A stretch of 64,000 bases of DNA from IMG/VR virus record IMGVR_UViG_3300008259_003948, positions 531-64,530 of that record; one strand, written 5' to 3'. How positions within the stretch are numbered: position 1 is the first letter of the stretch; every line of letters starts with the position of its first letter. The notes below the pieces were generated by a model. It had not been told where the DNA came from and ran no database searches. It was given only the letters and a program-made list of their open reading frames with translations. The translations under genes and the position numbers were made by a program. Below are positions 20,313 through 30,224 of this stretch, one piece after another. The DNA comes from a virus. Its lineage: Duplodnaviria > Caudoviricetes.

Positions 20313-20388
20313 TTTAATCATAGTTATATTTATTGTTATTGATTCAATTAAATTTGAATTAAATGATATATTTATAAAGAAAAAAACT

Positions 20389-20583
20389 ATGGCAGAAACA
20401 ATCTCAGCGGGAACATATGTTTATACTGATTGTGTAGTATGTATACCGGTCGATCCTACTGACTCTTATACATATACAACAGTAGAACCACCACATCCAA
20501 TATACTTAGCACAGACTGGTAACACTCAGGTTGTCCAAATTCAAGCAGTTGCCTTAGGTGGATTTAACGGATTAAACAATTAA
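20389..20583 (+). CDS. Small hypothetical protein
   Basis: 64-aa ORF behind TATTTAT at 20369. Confidence 0.6.
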   Translation: MAETISAGTYVYTDCVVCIPVDPTDSYTYTTVEPPHPIYLAQTGNTQVVQIQAVALGGFNGLNN

Positions 20584-20600
20584 AATTAGATAAATCAGAA

Positions 20601-21884
20601 ATGGGAAGATTAAAACCAATAGGTAGTGAAAAACTACAAGGACAAGAAAAACTCAATAGAATTATTGAGATATCAAGATATAAAGAAAACATACCAACCC
20701 CAGTAAATGAGGATAAATCAAGAGAATATTCAATAGTAATGTCTAATGGTGTTGAATATGTTATTGATAAGGAAAAAAACGGATATGTTTTGAAAAAAAG
20801 GATTGATGAATCCACTTTTGATTATTTGGAGTCTATGAAAAATAGAAGTTATTATAGGTCATATTCTCAAGCCTTTAAAAGACTTAATTTGGTGGCTAAA
20901 GAGATTAATACACAAACTGGCAATGAAGAAGGAATTTCTTTATTTTCAGAACAGAAGTATGTTTTGAAAACACCAAAACCTGAGACTCCACCGGCTCCCG
21001 CACCTTCTCCTGAACCATCACCTGCCCCCGATTCTTCTGCAGAACCAATGGATTCGGCTCCTGAAGATATGGCTCCTCCTTCAGACGACATGCCAGATAT
21101 GGGTCCTGAAGGTGGTGAAGAAATGCCAGATATGGGACCTGAAGGTGGTGAAGAAATGGGAAAAGACGATGAAGGATCTTCTTTAAAGAGCGTTCAAAAA
21201 TTGACAGGTAAATTAGCCCAAAAAATAAGAACATTAGATGATGAAGAAATATCCTCAAAAGATATTAAATATGTTATAAATTCTATCTTATCTGCAGTTG
21301 ACTTGGAAAAGTTGGAAGATGAGGACAAAGACGAAATCTTATCAAGATTTGATGAGGATGAAATGGGTGGTGAAGAAGGGTCTCCCGAAGCTCCTGATAT
21401 GGGACCTGAAGGTGATGAAGAAATGCCTGATGAACCCGAAGGAATGGAAGAACCACTTGAAGGCGAATTTGGTGAAGGTATGGATAACTTTAATAAAAAG
21501 GTGTCATCAGCGTTTGCTGGAAATCTTAAATTTGAAGACGACTCAAGTGAAGAAGAAAGTTTTTATAGTAATATTTTTGATGGAGTATTTTCAGAATCAA
21601 AGGTTGAAAAAGTATTATCAAAATATTTCAACTTATCTGAGATGGAGAAAAAACAACTTCAGAAAAAGAAAATTCAAGAATCACATAAAAGAAAAATGAA
21701 TCTAAAATTAAACTTGAAAGAGGCTAATCGTTTATCTGAAACTGAAAAACAAGCCAAAATTGCAGAAGATATTTTGAAAAAATATACCGAAGCTAAAGTA
21801 TTAGGTTTAACAAATAAGAAAAATTTGGTTATCGAACACAAAGGTAGTCAAATCAAAATAACAACAAAAGGTGACATACTATAA
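20601..21884 (+). CDS. Hypothetical head-region protein with acidic MPDMGPEGGEE repeats
   Basis: Long ORF upstream of the terminase operon; low-complexity acidic linkers. Confidence 0.7.
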   Translation: MGRLKPIGSEKLQGQEKLNRIIEISRYKENIPTPVNEDKSREYSIVMSNGVEYVIDKEKNGYVLKKRIDESTFDYLESMKNRSYYRSYSQAFKRLNLVAKEINTQTGNEEGISLFSEQKYVLKTPKPETPPAPAPSPEPSPAPDSSAEPMDSAPEDMAPPSDDMPDMGPEGGEEMPDMGPEGGEEMGKDDEGSSLKSVQKLTGKLAQKIRTLDDEEISSKDIKYVINSILSAVDLEKLEDEDKDEILSRFDEDEMGGEEGSPEAPDMGPEGDEEMPDEPEGMEEPLEGEFGEGMDNFNKKVSSAFAGNLKFEDDSSEEESFYSNIFDGVFSESKVEKVLSKYFNLSEMEKKQLQKKKIQESHKRKMNLKLNLKEANRLSETEKQAKIAEDILKKYTEAKVLGLTNKKNLVIEHKGSQIKITTKGDIL

Positions 21885-22288
21885 TGAATCTAATATATGT
21901 TAATGGTTTAGGACCTAACTACAAAGGCGATAACATATATGAATTCATATTTGGTAATGTAACAGATGTTTGGGGTGAAAATTGGGAATCAAAACCTTGT
22001 AATGGAAATCCCTTACCACCAAACATCGAAAATGTAAAAAAGGTTGGAGTTCTAAAACAAAGTGACACACAATTTACTTTGATACAGGACTCCGATTTCT
22101 TTTCTATGGAAGATGCGATGGATAATGTAATTGCTCTTGCATGGGAAACAGAAACAGAAGAATCCGATTTCTCAAGAAGAAAAAGATTAGTTTTTCATTT
22201 TGGCGAATCAGAACAATCGGTTAAGGATAAACTCTACGAACAAGACATTGTATTAGAATTTGAAAAAAAAGTTGTCTATGAAAAATAA
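21884..22288 (+). CDS. Hypothetical protein
   Basis: Coupled ORF (TAATG overlap). Confidence 0.7.
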   Translation: MNLIYVNGLGPNYKGDNIYEFIFGNVTDVWGENWESKPCNGNPLPPNIENVKKVGVLKQSDTQFTLIQDSDFFSMEDAMDNVIALAWETETEESDFSRRKRLVFHFGESEQSVKDKLYEQDIVLEFEKKVVYEK

Positions 22289-23123
22289 AATAATTAAATT
22301 GGTTAAAGAAGGTTTCTCAGTTCAAACTTTATCAAAGATGAATGAATCTCAGATTAATACTCTTTATAAAAGAATCATTGTTGAACAAACTAGTGGTATT
22401 CAGAAAAAAGAGTTGAGGGGAACTGAATACACAATTCCGAGAAATGTCGCCCAATCAACTGGCGCTAACATAGGAAATATGGATATTACTCAAACTTCGA
22501 CAGGAGATGTTAAAGTTTTACAAAAATCTGGTAGAGAAAAAGAACTAGGGGAAGAAAAAAAGAAAAAGGGTAAGAATCCTTGGGCTATTTGCACCGCTAC
22601 TATGGGTAAAGAATTCGGAACAACTGAAAGAAGTGATTGGTCAAAATCACAAATGAAAAAATATGAAAAATGTGTTTTAGGTGTAAAAGAAAAAATTGAA
22701 GAGGGTTATGATCCACAAGAATATTTCTTAGAAGAACAAATTATGGAACTTATTGAATCTGAAATGAAACCTAAAATGAATAAAAGAGATTTTCTAAATA
22801 AGGTATATAGTTCTTCTATTACAGAGTCAGAAGATGCTCCAGTAAAAACACCAACCAAACCAAAGACTCCAACTAAACCTGGTAAACCTGATACCCCATT
22901 TAAACCAAAACACAAACCGAAACCAAAGGCGGAAAAAAATGAAACATCAGTTTCTGAGGCTGAGGAGGCACCTGTTAAATCACCACCAAAACCTAAGACA
23001 CCTGTAAAACCTGGTAAACCAGATACACCTTTTAAACCTAAACATAAACCAAAACCAAAGGCTGAAAAATCAGACATACCCACTTGGTTTACTTGGGATG
23101 AATTGGGAATTAATTTAAAATAA
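22278..23123 (+). CDS. Hypothetical protein with a duplicated Lys/Pro-rich module
   Basis: Two copies of ExE.APVK.P.KPKTP.KPGKPDTPFKPKHKPKPKAEK; NPWAIC motif. Confidence 0.7.
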   Translation: MKNKIIKLVKEGFSVQTLSKMNESQINTLYKRIIVEQTSGIQKKELRGTEYTIPRNVAQSTGANIGNMDITQTSTGDVKVLQKSGREKELGEEKKKKGKNPWAICTATMGKEFGTTERSDWSKSQMKKYEKCVLGVKEKIEEGYDPQEYFLEEQIMELIESEMKPKMNKRDFLNKVYSSSITESEDAPVKTPTKPKTPTKPGKPDTPFKPKHKPKPKAEKNETSVSEAEEAPVKSPPKPKTPVKPGKPDTPFKPKHKPKPKAEKSDIPTWFTWDELGINLK

Positions 23124-23127
23124 AGTT

Positions 23128-24378
23128 ATGGCAAAGAAAAAACTACAAGAAGCACCAATTGATTATGGTGATAGTCCAGAAAGAATGGATCCTGAACTCG
23201 AAAGAAAATTGGGTTCAAGCCAAACATCTTACGGTAAAGACTATCCTGGTTTTCCTAAATTAAAACCAACTGCTAAATTCAGAAATTTTGAAGAGATTGT
23301 TGCATCGAAAAGATTCAAAGATGTTGTCGATAAAGTAAAACATTATACTGGCGTTCGTTCCATTCAAGGAATGGGTGCTTTACAACAATTAATGATGGCG
23401 ATGATGCAAGCCTTTAATAATGTGGTAAGAGTTGAAAAAAGAAACAAAGCTGCTTTAGAAAGACTTGCAATTGATTTGGTAATAAAGGAGATGGGTATAC
23501 CAAAAGATGCTTTTCAATATGATGTTAAACTTATTGGTAGAGAAGAAATTGATATGAGTCAAATGGCCAAAAAGCCAGAAGAAGAACCTGATGAGGAAGA
23601 AATAGAACAACAGTTTGGTGTTAACCCAACTGAAGAGATGGAAGATTTTATGTCCGCGATGGATAACTTCGATTTAGAGAAGGCCAAAAGAAGATTTATA
23701 AATGCACTTATACAGGGATCTGCTAAAAAGAGTCACTATATGTTTGTTTTAGTTCAGGATGAATTAGAAAGATTAGATCCGAACTTGGTTAAAAATTATG
23801 GTATTTTGATGTCAGTTAATGATCTTTTATATTGGATGTTACCTGATCAAATGTTGATGGGTGCTGCTGAAGGTGGTGAAATGGGTGGAGGAACAGAAGA
23901 ATTAGATCCTGAAACTGATCCACCAACAATTAAAGTTAGAGCGGTATCATTCCCAATATTAATACACGAATTGGTCAAAGGTGTTATGGAGGCAGTAGGT
24001 AGTCAAGGATTACCTGACGACCCAAGAGCTGCAGAAATGGTAATGGGTCAAACAGATACTTTACCTGCAGAAATTTGGGATTTAAGAATTGGTCCAGTTC
24101 TTTGGGAAAAATTCACTGATACATATCCTGACGAGGTTTTTGAAGAAGATCAAAGACACATACAAAGTTATTTGTTTTCAAGATTCTCAAAACTAAACGC
24201 TCAAGAGTTCTTAGCTGTCGCTAAAAAGATAATGAGAGGTGATGCTGAAGGTAAATCATTCATACAAAGAATGATTACTGAAATTATTACCGATCTTAAA
24301 AAAAATAACAAGAAAGAATTAGGTTTTGATTCTGAAGATGAGGATGAAGATGATAATGACGATCTTCAACCAAGATAA
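23128..24378 (+). CDS. Hypothetical helical protein directly upstream of the terminase
   Basis: 416-aa ORF in the operon. Confidence 0.7.
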   Translation: MAKKKLQEAPIDYGDSPERMDPELERKLGSSQTSYGKDYPGFPKLKPTAKFRNFEEIVASKRFKDVVDKVKHYTGVRSIQGMGALQQLMMAMMQAFNNVVRVEKRNKAALERLAIDLVIKEMGIPKDAFQYDVKLIGREEIDMSQMAKKPEEEPDEEEIEQQFGVNPTEEMEDFMSAMDNFDLEKAKRRFINALIQGSAKKSHYMFVLVQDELERLDPNLVKNYGILMSVNDLLYWMLPDQMLMGAAEGGEMGGGTEELDPETDPPTIKVRAVSFPILIHELVKGVMEAVGSQGLPDDPRAAEMVMGQTDTLPAEIWDLRIGPVLWEKFTDTYPDEVFEEDQRHIQSYLFSRFSKLNAQEFLAVAKKIMRGDAEGKSFIQRMITEIITDLKKNNKKELGFDSEDEDEDDNDDLQPR

Positions 24379-24395
24379 AATATAAATTAATTCTA

Positions 24396-26171
24396 ATGTC
24401 TTCTTTGACAAGAGAGCAAGTTCTTCTTGAGTATGTTAAGTGTCAAAAGGATACTCCTTATGCTTTTCGAACTTACTTACAAACATACGATCAAACCGCA
24501 TCAAAGTTTGTTCCGTTAGAATTATTTACCGATCAGATTAATCTATTAAAAGATTACGAAAATTTCGAAGAGAACATCGCTTTGAAATATAGACAGGCTG
24601 GCGTATCAACAGTAACTGCGGCTTGGATATCAAAAAAATTGGCTTTTGCCTCCAAAACTAAGCCTGAGAAAATATTGATAATTGCCAATAAACTTGACAC
24701 CGCTCAAGAAATGGCAAACAAAATTAGGGCTTTTGTAGGACAATGGCCTTCTTGGTTAGGTGTTGATTTTTCTGATGAAAAAAATTCACAAAGACATTAT
24801 AAATTAAATAATGGTTGTGAGGTTAAAGCTGTTGCTACATCTAAAGACGCTTTAAGGGGATATACACCAACTATATTGGTTTTTGATGAAGCGGCATATA
24901 TTGAAGCTGATGGAGATTTTTGGGCGGCTTGTATGGCATCATTATCCACAGGTGGTAAAGTAATTGTGGTATCAACACCGAACGGATTTGATCCGATTTA
25001 TTATGACATATATGCTCAGGCTTTGAAGGGTATGAACCAATTTAAAGTTTCAGAAATGTTTTGGTATAGAGATCCAAGATATTCTAAAGATTTATATTTT
25101 GTTGAAACTGACGACATTGTTCATTTTTTACTCAATAGAGAAGAATATTCACAAGATAGAATTAAAACTTTTGACTACTTAGAGTTCGACATTGGTCGTG
25201 ATCTTAGAATAAAAGAAATGATGTCTTTAGGTTACAAACCATCTTCCCCTTGGTATGAAAAAATGGTTAAAAAACTTAAGTTTGATAAAAGAAAGATAAA
25301 TCAAGAACTTGAGTGTCAGTTTTTAGGATCAGGTGATAATGTATTTGATTCAAACTTGATGACCAAAATTCACGAAAATATGATTAAAGAACCGAGTAAT
25401 AAAATGATGTCAGGTTCTTTATGGATTTGGGATGAGCCTGTTATGGGTCACAAATATGTGATGGGTATTGATGCAAGTCGTGGAGACAGTGAAGATTTCT
25501 CATCATTTCAAATAATCGATTTTGATGAACGAAAACAGGTATGTGAATATCTTGGTAAGGTTCCTCCTGATATACTAGCTGAGATCTGTTTTAAATGGGG
25601 TAATATGTATAATGCGTTTGCGGTAATTGATATTACAGGAGGAATGGGTGTTGCAACATCAAGAAAGATGCAAGAATTAGGTTATAGGAGTCTTTATGTT
25701 GATGGAATAGACTATATGAATAAATGGAAATGGGATCCAAAATCAATTGAGAAAATACCAGGAATCAATTTCAATTCAAAAAGAGTTCAAATAATTGCCG
25801 CCTACGAGGAGGCTTTGCGTCACGGATTTACGGTTAGGAGTAATAGACTTTATAATGAAATGAATACTTTCATTTACATAAATGGAAGACCAGATCACCA
25901 AAAAGGGCAACACGATGATTTAATTATGGCAATTTCAATGGCTTGTTATGTTGCTGAAGCTTCATTTACAAATCTTACAAAAGTAACAGAACAAACCAAA
26001 TCTATGATTGATGCTTGGACTGTTCAAACTAATGACAATTATCAAAAACAATCAAACTTTAATCCTGTAGTTCCAAATCATTCTGCTAAATCAAAAGATT
26101 CAATATACTCTAACAACCCAACCAAAAATGACTATCAAAACTATTTATGGTTGTTCGGAGGTAAAAGATAA
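24396..26171 (+). CDS. Terminase large subunit (T4 gp17-like)
   Basis: KYRQAGVST Walker A variant, VFDEAA Walker B, STPNG, nuclease GIDASRG..D and HDDLIMA. Confidence 0.93.
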   Translation: MSSLTREQVLLEYVKCQKDTPYAFRTYLQTYDQTASKFVPLELFTDQINLLKDYENFEENIALKYRQAGVSTVTAAWISKKLAFASKTKPEKILIIANKLDTAQEMANKIRAFVGQWPSWLGVDFSDEKNSQRHYKLNNGCEVKAVATSKDALRGYTPTILVFDEAAYIEADGDFWAACMASLSTGGKVIVVSTPNGFDPIYYDIYAQALKGMNQFKVSEMFWYRDPRYSKDLYFVETDDIVHFLLNREEYSQDRIKTFDYLEFDIGRDLRIKEMMSLGYKPSSPWYEKMVKKLKFDKRKINQELECQFLGSGDNVFDSNLMTKIHENMIKEPSNKMMSGSLWIWDEPVMGHKYVMGIDASRGDSEDFSSFQIIDFDERKQVCEYLGKVPPDILAEICFKWGNMYNAFAVIDITGGMGVATSRKMQELGYRSLYVDGIDYMNKWKWDPKSIEKIPGINFNSKRVQIIAAYEEALRHGFTVRSNRLYNEMNTFIYINGRPDHQKGQHDDLIMAISMACYVAEASFTNLTKVTEQTKSMIDAWTVQTNDNYQKQSNFNPVVPNHSAKSKDSIYSNNPTKNDYQNYLWLFGGKR

Positions 26172-26206
26172 CTTTAATTTCTGAATTGATAGTTTAGATT
26201 TAAAAT

Positions 26207-28030
26207 ATGGAAAATAACGACAAAAATTTAACGGTTTGGCAAAGATTATCGAGAGCTTTTGGACCTAACTCTCTACTTAATCAAGACTATCCTGTTTATA
26301 AATTCGATAAAACCGAATTACTTAAAACAACAAGTAAACCGGAATACGAAAAGGAAAAGTTACAAGCACAACAAACTTTATATATTGCAAACCAGTGGAC
26401 AAAGATCGAAAACAATCTTTATACACAAGCGGTATACTATGAACCAACAAGGTTAGCGTCTTTTTATGATTTTGAAAGTATGGAGTTTACTCCCGAGATA
26501 TCCGCAGCTTTAGATATATTCGCAGAAGAATCCACAACACCAAATGAAGATGGATTTATGTTACAAATCTACTCTGAATCAAAAAGAATAAAAGCTGTTT
26601 TGGCGGATTTGTTTAACAATAAATTAGATATTAATACAAATCTCCCAATGTGGACAAGAAACACCTGTAAGTATGGTGATAATTTTGTCTTTTTAAAACT
26701 TGACCCTGAAAAAGGAATTGTGGGTTGTATGCAATTACCAAACATTGAAATTGAAAGATTGGAAAGAGGTATGGGTGCAAGAGCGGCAAAAATGGAAGAA
26801 GATCCAAAAAATAGAGGATTGAAATTTTTGTGGAAACAAAAAGATATGGAATTTCATACTTGGGAAATGGCGCATTTTAGATTATTGGGTGACGATAGAA
26901 AATTACCATATGGAACATCTATATTAGAAAAAGCGAGAAGAATTTGGAAACAACTATTATTAGCGGAAGATGCTATGTTGATTTACAGAACATCAAGAGC
27001 TCCTGAGAGAAGAATTTTTAAAGTTTTTGTTGGTAATATGGATGATAAAGATGTTGAAGCGTATGTACAACGAGTTGCCAACAAATTTAAAAGAGATCAA
27101 ACAACTGATCCAAAAACAGGTAATGTAGATTTGAGGTTCAATCAAATGGCTGTGGATCAGGACTACTTTATTCCTGTCAGAGATCCCGCAGCACCAAGTC
27201 CAATTGACACATTACCTGGAGCACAGAATTTATCAGAAATTGCGGATATTGAATATATACAAAAAAAATTATTAACAGCCATAAGAGTTCCAAAAGCGTT
27301 TTTGGGTTTTGAGGAAGTGGTTGGTGATGGAAAAAGTTTGGCGTTACAAGATATCAGATTTGCTCGAACTATTAATAAAATACAAAATAGTATGTTACAA
27401 GAATTGAATAAGATTGCAATTATTCATTTGTTTTTATTAGGGTTTGAGGACGAGTTAGATAACTTCACATTGTCTTTGACTAATCCATCATCTCAGGCAG
27501 ATCTTTTGAAGATCGATGTTTGGAAAGAAAAAATGTTGTTGTATAAAGATGCTGTAACACCAATAGAGAATCTTGCTCCTGTATCCGCTTCTTGGGCGAA
27601 GAAACATATTTTAGGATTCTCTGATGATGAAATAAAACTTGATATCCAACAACAAAGAATTGAAAGAGCGGTCGCCAAAGAATTGGAATTGACTCCTGAG
27701 ATTATTAAGAAAACAGGTCTATTTGATAATATTGATAGAATATATGGTAAGATTACAGGAACTACCGAAGGTGTTACTGCAACCCCACCTGAACCTCCGA
27801 TGGGTGGTGAAATGCCAGGTATGGAACCTCCGATGGGTGGTGAAGCTCCTCCTGCAGGGGGTGAATCACCACCTGAAGCGGGTGTTACTCCCGAATCTAT
27901 TAAAGATGATAATGTCAATATACTATTAGAAAAAGACGAACATAATCAAGAAAAGTATTTAAATCTTACCAAAGCAAAAAAGTCTATGGGTGAAATTGAA
28001 CAAGAGTTGAAAAAACTGTTGGGGGATTGA
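26207..28030 (+). CDS. Portal protein (T4 gp20-like)
   Basis: YGTSILEKARRIWKQL.LAEDAMLIYR..RAPERRIF, DYFIPVR, IDTLPG, DIEYIQKKL. Confidence 0.93.
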   Translation: MENNDKNLTVWQRLSRAFGPNSLLNQDYPVYKFDKTELLKTTSKPEYEKEKLQAQQTLYIANQWTKIENNLYTQAVYYEPTRLASFYDFESMEFTPEISAALDIFAEESTTPNEDGFMLQIYSESKRIKAVLADLFNNKLDINTNLPMWTRNTCKYGDNFVFLKLDPEKGIVGCMQLPNIEIERLERGMGARAAKMEEDPKNRGLKFLWKQKDMEFHTWEMAHFRLLGDDRKLPYGTSILEKARRIWKQLLLAEDAMLIYRTSRAPERRIFKVFVGNMDDKDVEAYVQRVANKFKRDQTTDPKTGNVDLRFNQMAVDQDYFIPVRDPAAPSPIDTLPGAQNLSEIADIEYIQKKLLTAIRVPKAFLGFEEVVGDGKSLALQDIRFARTINKIQNSMLQELNKIAIIHLFLLGFEDELDNFTLSLTNPSSQADLLKIDVWKEKMLLYKDAVTPIENLAPVSASWAKKHILGFSDDEIKLDIQQQRIERAVAKELELTPEIIKKTGLFDNIDRIYGKITGTTEGVTATPPEPPMGGEMPGMEPPMGGEAPPAGGESPPEAGVTPESIKDDNVNILLEKDEHNQEKYLNLTKAKKSMGEIEQELKKLLGD

Positions 28031-28048
28031 TATTTATAAATTAAAAAG

Positions 28049-28762
28049 ATGAAAAATTTCGGAATTATAAAATCTAAGATAGAAAAAATTTTGGTAGACT
28101 CATATCAAAATAAAACCATTAAAGAATCTTTTGGAAAATTTAGAGAATTGGTTCTACAAGATAAAAACTTAGTGTCAATGTTTTATTTGTACGATCAGTT
28201 ATCGTCAAAAAATGGTATCAATAAAGATATTGCGAACGATTATATTAATGAGTGTATAGAAAAATTTGAGTCAATCAAATTATCAAAAGATAAAATTAAT
28301 TCATTAAATGAATGGATATCATCAGTGACAACTGAAAATTTATATGAAAATGTAGATAAGTTATTTGATGATAATATCCTAAATATTGAATCAAAAGTTA
28401 AAAGTAAAAAAGTAGTATTTGAAACAATAACTTCAAAACAAACAACTGAAAAAGAAATAATTAATATTCCTTTAAAAACATCTTTGAGTATTGCAAACCA
28501 ATCAATGTATAATTTTATACAAGATTTAACTGAAAGTGAAAAGAAGGAATTTTTAGAAGTTGCTCAAATGGATTCCAAAAAACTATACGAGGAGTACGAG
28601 TCCTTGAAGAATATGACCATAAAAAAATTAGAAGATTTAATGGAATCAGATCAAGAAGATGGAATTAAAACTAAACTTCAGGAAACCGTAAACAAAATTA
28701 AGAATGATAATATTGATAAATTAAACTACTATCGTTTAAGAAAATTAAACGAAACTATTTAA
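28049..28762 (+). CDS. Hypothetical head-module protein
   Basis: Helical 237-aa ORF after the portal; TATTTAT at 28031. Confidence 0.7.
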   Translation: MKNFGIIKSKIEKILVDSYQNKTIKESFGKFRELVLQDKNLVSMFYLYDQLSSKNGINKDIANDYINECIEKFESIKLSKDKINSLNEWISSVTTENLYENVDKLFDDNILNIESKVKSKKVVFETITSKQTTEKEIINIPLKTSLSIANQSMYNFIQDLTESEKKEFLEVAQMDSKKLYEEYESLKNMTIKKLEDLMESDQEDGIKTKLQETVNKIKNDNIDKLNYYRLRKLNETI

Positions 28763-28941
28763 TCATTATTCTTTTTTTGTTGAATATATTTAGCCTTCTT
28801 TATTTGATTTCTTCTTGAAACGCTCTTTTTTTCAAACTCCTTTTTTTCAACAAGTTGTTGAGTTTGTTTTGTTTTAATAACCTTACTCTTTAAAGTTTTT
28901 AACGCTTTTTCAATGTTTTTGTCAATTTTTACAATTATCAT
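28759..28941 (-). CDS. rpsU: Ribosomal protein bS21
   Basis: MIIVKIDKNIEKALKTLKSKVIKTKQ..L.EKKEFEKKSV.RR..IKKAKY matches Bacteroidota-type bS21; 60 aa from ATG 28941. Confidence 0.88.
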   Translation of the reverse strand: MIIVKIDKNIEKALKTLKSKVIKTKQTQQLVEKKEFEKKSVSRRNQIKKAKYIQQKKNND

Positions 28942-29012
28942 TTGTTTTTGATTTTCTACTTTAAATATATTATATTTTAGAAAAATAATAAACTCGAAGA
29001 ACATGCAAATTT

Positions 29013-29309
29013 ATGAAAAAAGGAAAAACAATCCGAATAAATGGATTGAAAAAAATAAAAGCGATTTACGGATCAGTGGATGCAAAGAATTTAAAATCAA
29101 TTTATTTAAACATACAAACTTGGGTTGACCCAAAAATTGATATGGTAGAGGGGTGGGAAAGAGTAATATCAAATCTATCAAGACAAATAAAACATACAAT
29201 ATACGACATTATTAATAAAACATTTTTTGAAGATAAATTTATACTTGATTTAGACCTGAGAAGCAGTGGAATACAATATGGAAAGAAATCTTTTTTAAAT
29301 TTTGATTAA
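29013..29309 (+). CDS. Hypothetical protein, possibly 3'-truncated
   Basis: ORF ends abruptly at ..GKKSFLNFD*, 12 nt before the protease ATG. Confidence 0.6.
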   Translation: MKKGKTIRINGLKKIKAIYGSVDAKNLKSIYLNIQTWVDPKIDMVEGWERVISNLSRQIKHTIYDIINKTFFEDKFILDLDLRSSGIQYGKKSFLNFD

Positions 29310-29321
29310 TTGTTTTCAGAT

Positions 29322-30050
29322 ATGAATAATTTAAGAATATTAGGACCAAATGATTTAGGTAAAGGAATTCTCATCGAGTATGATGCAGGACATATCAATC
29401 CAAATGATGAATTTAATAGAAATATATTAAAGGAAAATAAAAATCTTTTGGATCATTCAAAACCATTTGAGTTCTATGCGGTTCTACAAAAATACAATGT
29501 TCCAAATAGAAATGGTAGAATATATCCTGAGAAGATTTTAAAAAGAGAATCTGAAAATTATAAGAAACTTATTAATAAAGGGGTATCTCTAAGTGAACTT
29601 AATCACCCCGAAAGTTCTTTGATTGACCTTGATAGAGTCTCACATATTATAACGGATATTTGGTGGGATAAAAATGTATTGTTGGGAAAACTAAGACTTT
29701 TAACTTCACCTGGTTTTCACGAAAGAGGTGTAATATCTTGTAAGGGTGATCAGGCGGCTAATTTACTTAGATTAGGTGTAACTTTGGGTATATCTTCAAG
29801 AGGAGTTGGGTCTTTAAAAAAGGTAGGAGAACAAAATGAAGTTCAAGACGATTTTGAATTGATATGTTTTGACTTAGTATCTTCACCTTCGACGCCAGGT
29901 GCATATCTTTTCTTAGACTCAGATGACAGATTCAAATATGAAGAGAATTTGGAGGATGAGAATAAGATGAAAATACAAAGAGAAATGAAAGAGTCTGGTA
30001 GTAAATCTGTGGATTTAATGAGAAGACTTTCTGACTATTTGGGAAAATAA
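29322..30050 (+). CDS. Prohead core protease (T4 gp21-like)
   Basis: NRNGRIYP, ELNHP, VSHII, GISSRGVGS, DLVSSPSTPGA motifs. Confidence 0.92.
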   Translation: MNNLRILGPNDLGKGILIEYDAGHINPNDEFNRNILKENKNLLDHSKPFEFYAVLQKYNVPNRNGRIYPEKILKRESENYKKLINKGVSLSELNHPESSLIDLDRVSHIITDIWWDKNVLLGKLRLLTSPGFHERGVISCKGDQAANLLRLGVTLGISSRGVGSLKKVGEQNEVQDDFELICFDLVSSPSTPGAYLFLDSDDRFKYEENLEDENKMKIQREMKESGSKSVDLMRRLSDYLGK

Positions 30051-30129
30051 GTTGACATTATCGTTTGTAATATTTAATTTTAAAATCGATGAAGTAATTA
30101 ACTGATATTAGTAGTTGGTGTTTGTAAAG

Positions 30130-30157
30130 ATCCGAGAGAAATCTCGGATTTTTTTTT
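30130..30157 (+). terminator. Intrinsic terminator
   Basis: ATCCGAGA-GAAA-TCTCGGAT followed by 8 T. Confidence 0.85.
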
Positions 30158-30224
30158 GATTTTAAGTGTAAAAATTAAATTTTTATTAATACTCATATAT
30201 TTATAAAAAAAAATATATCCTAAT

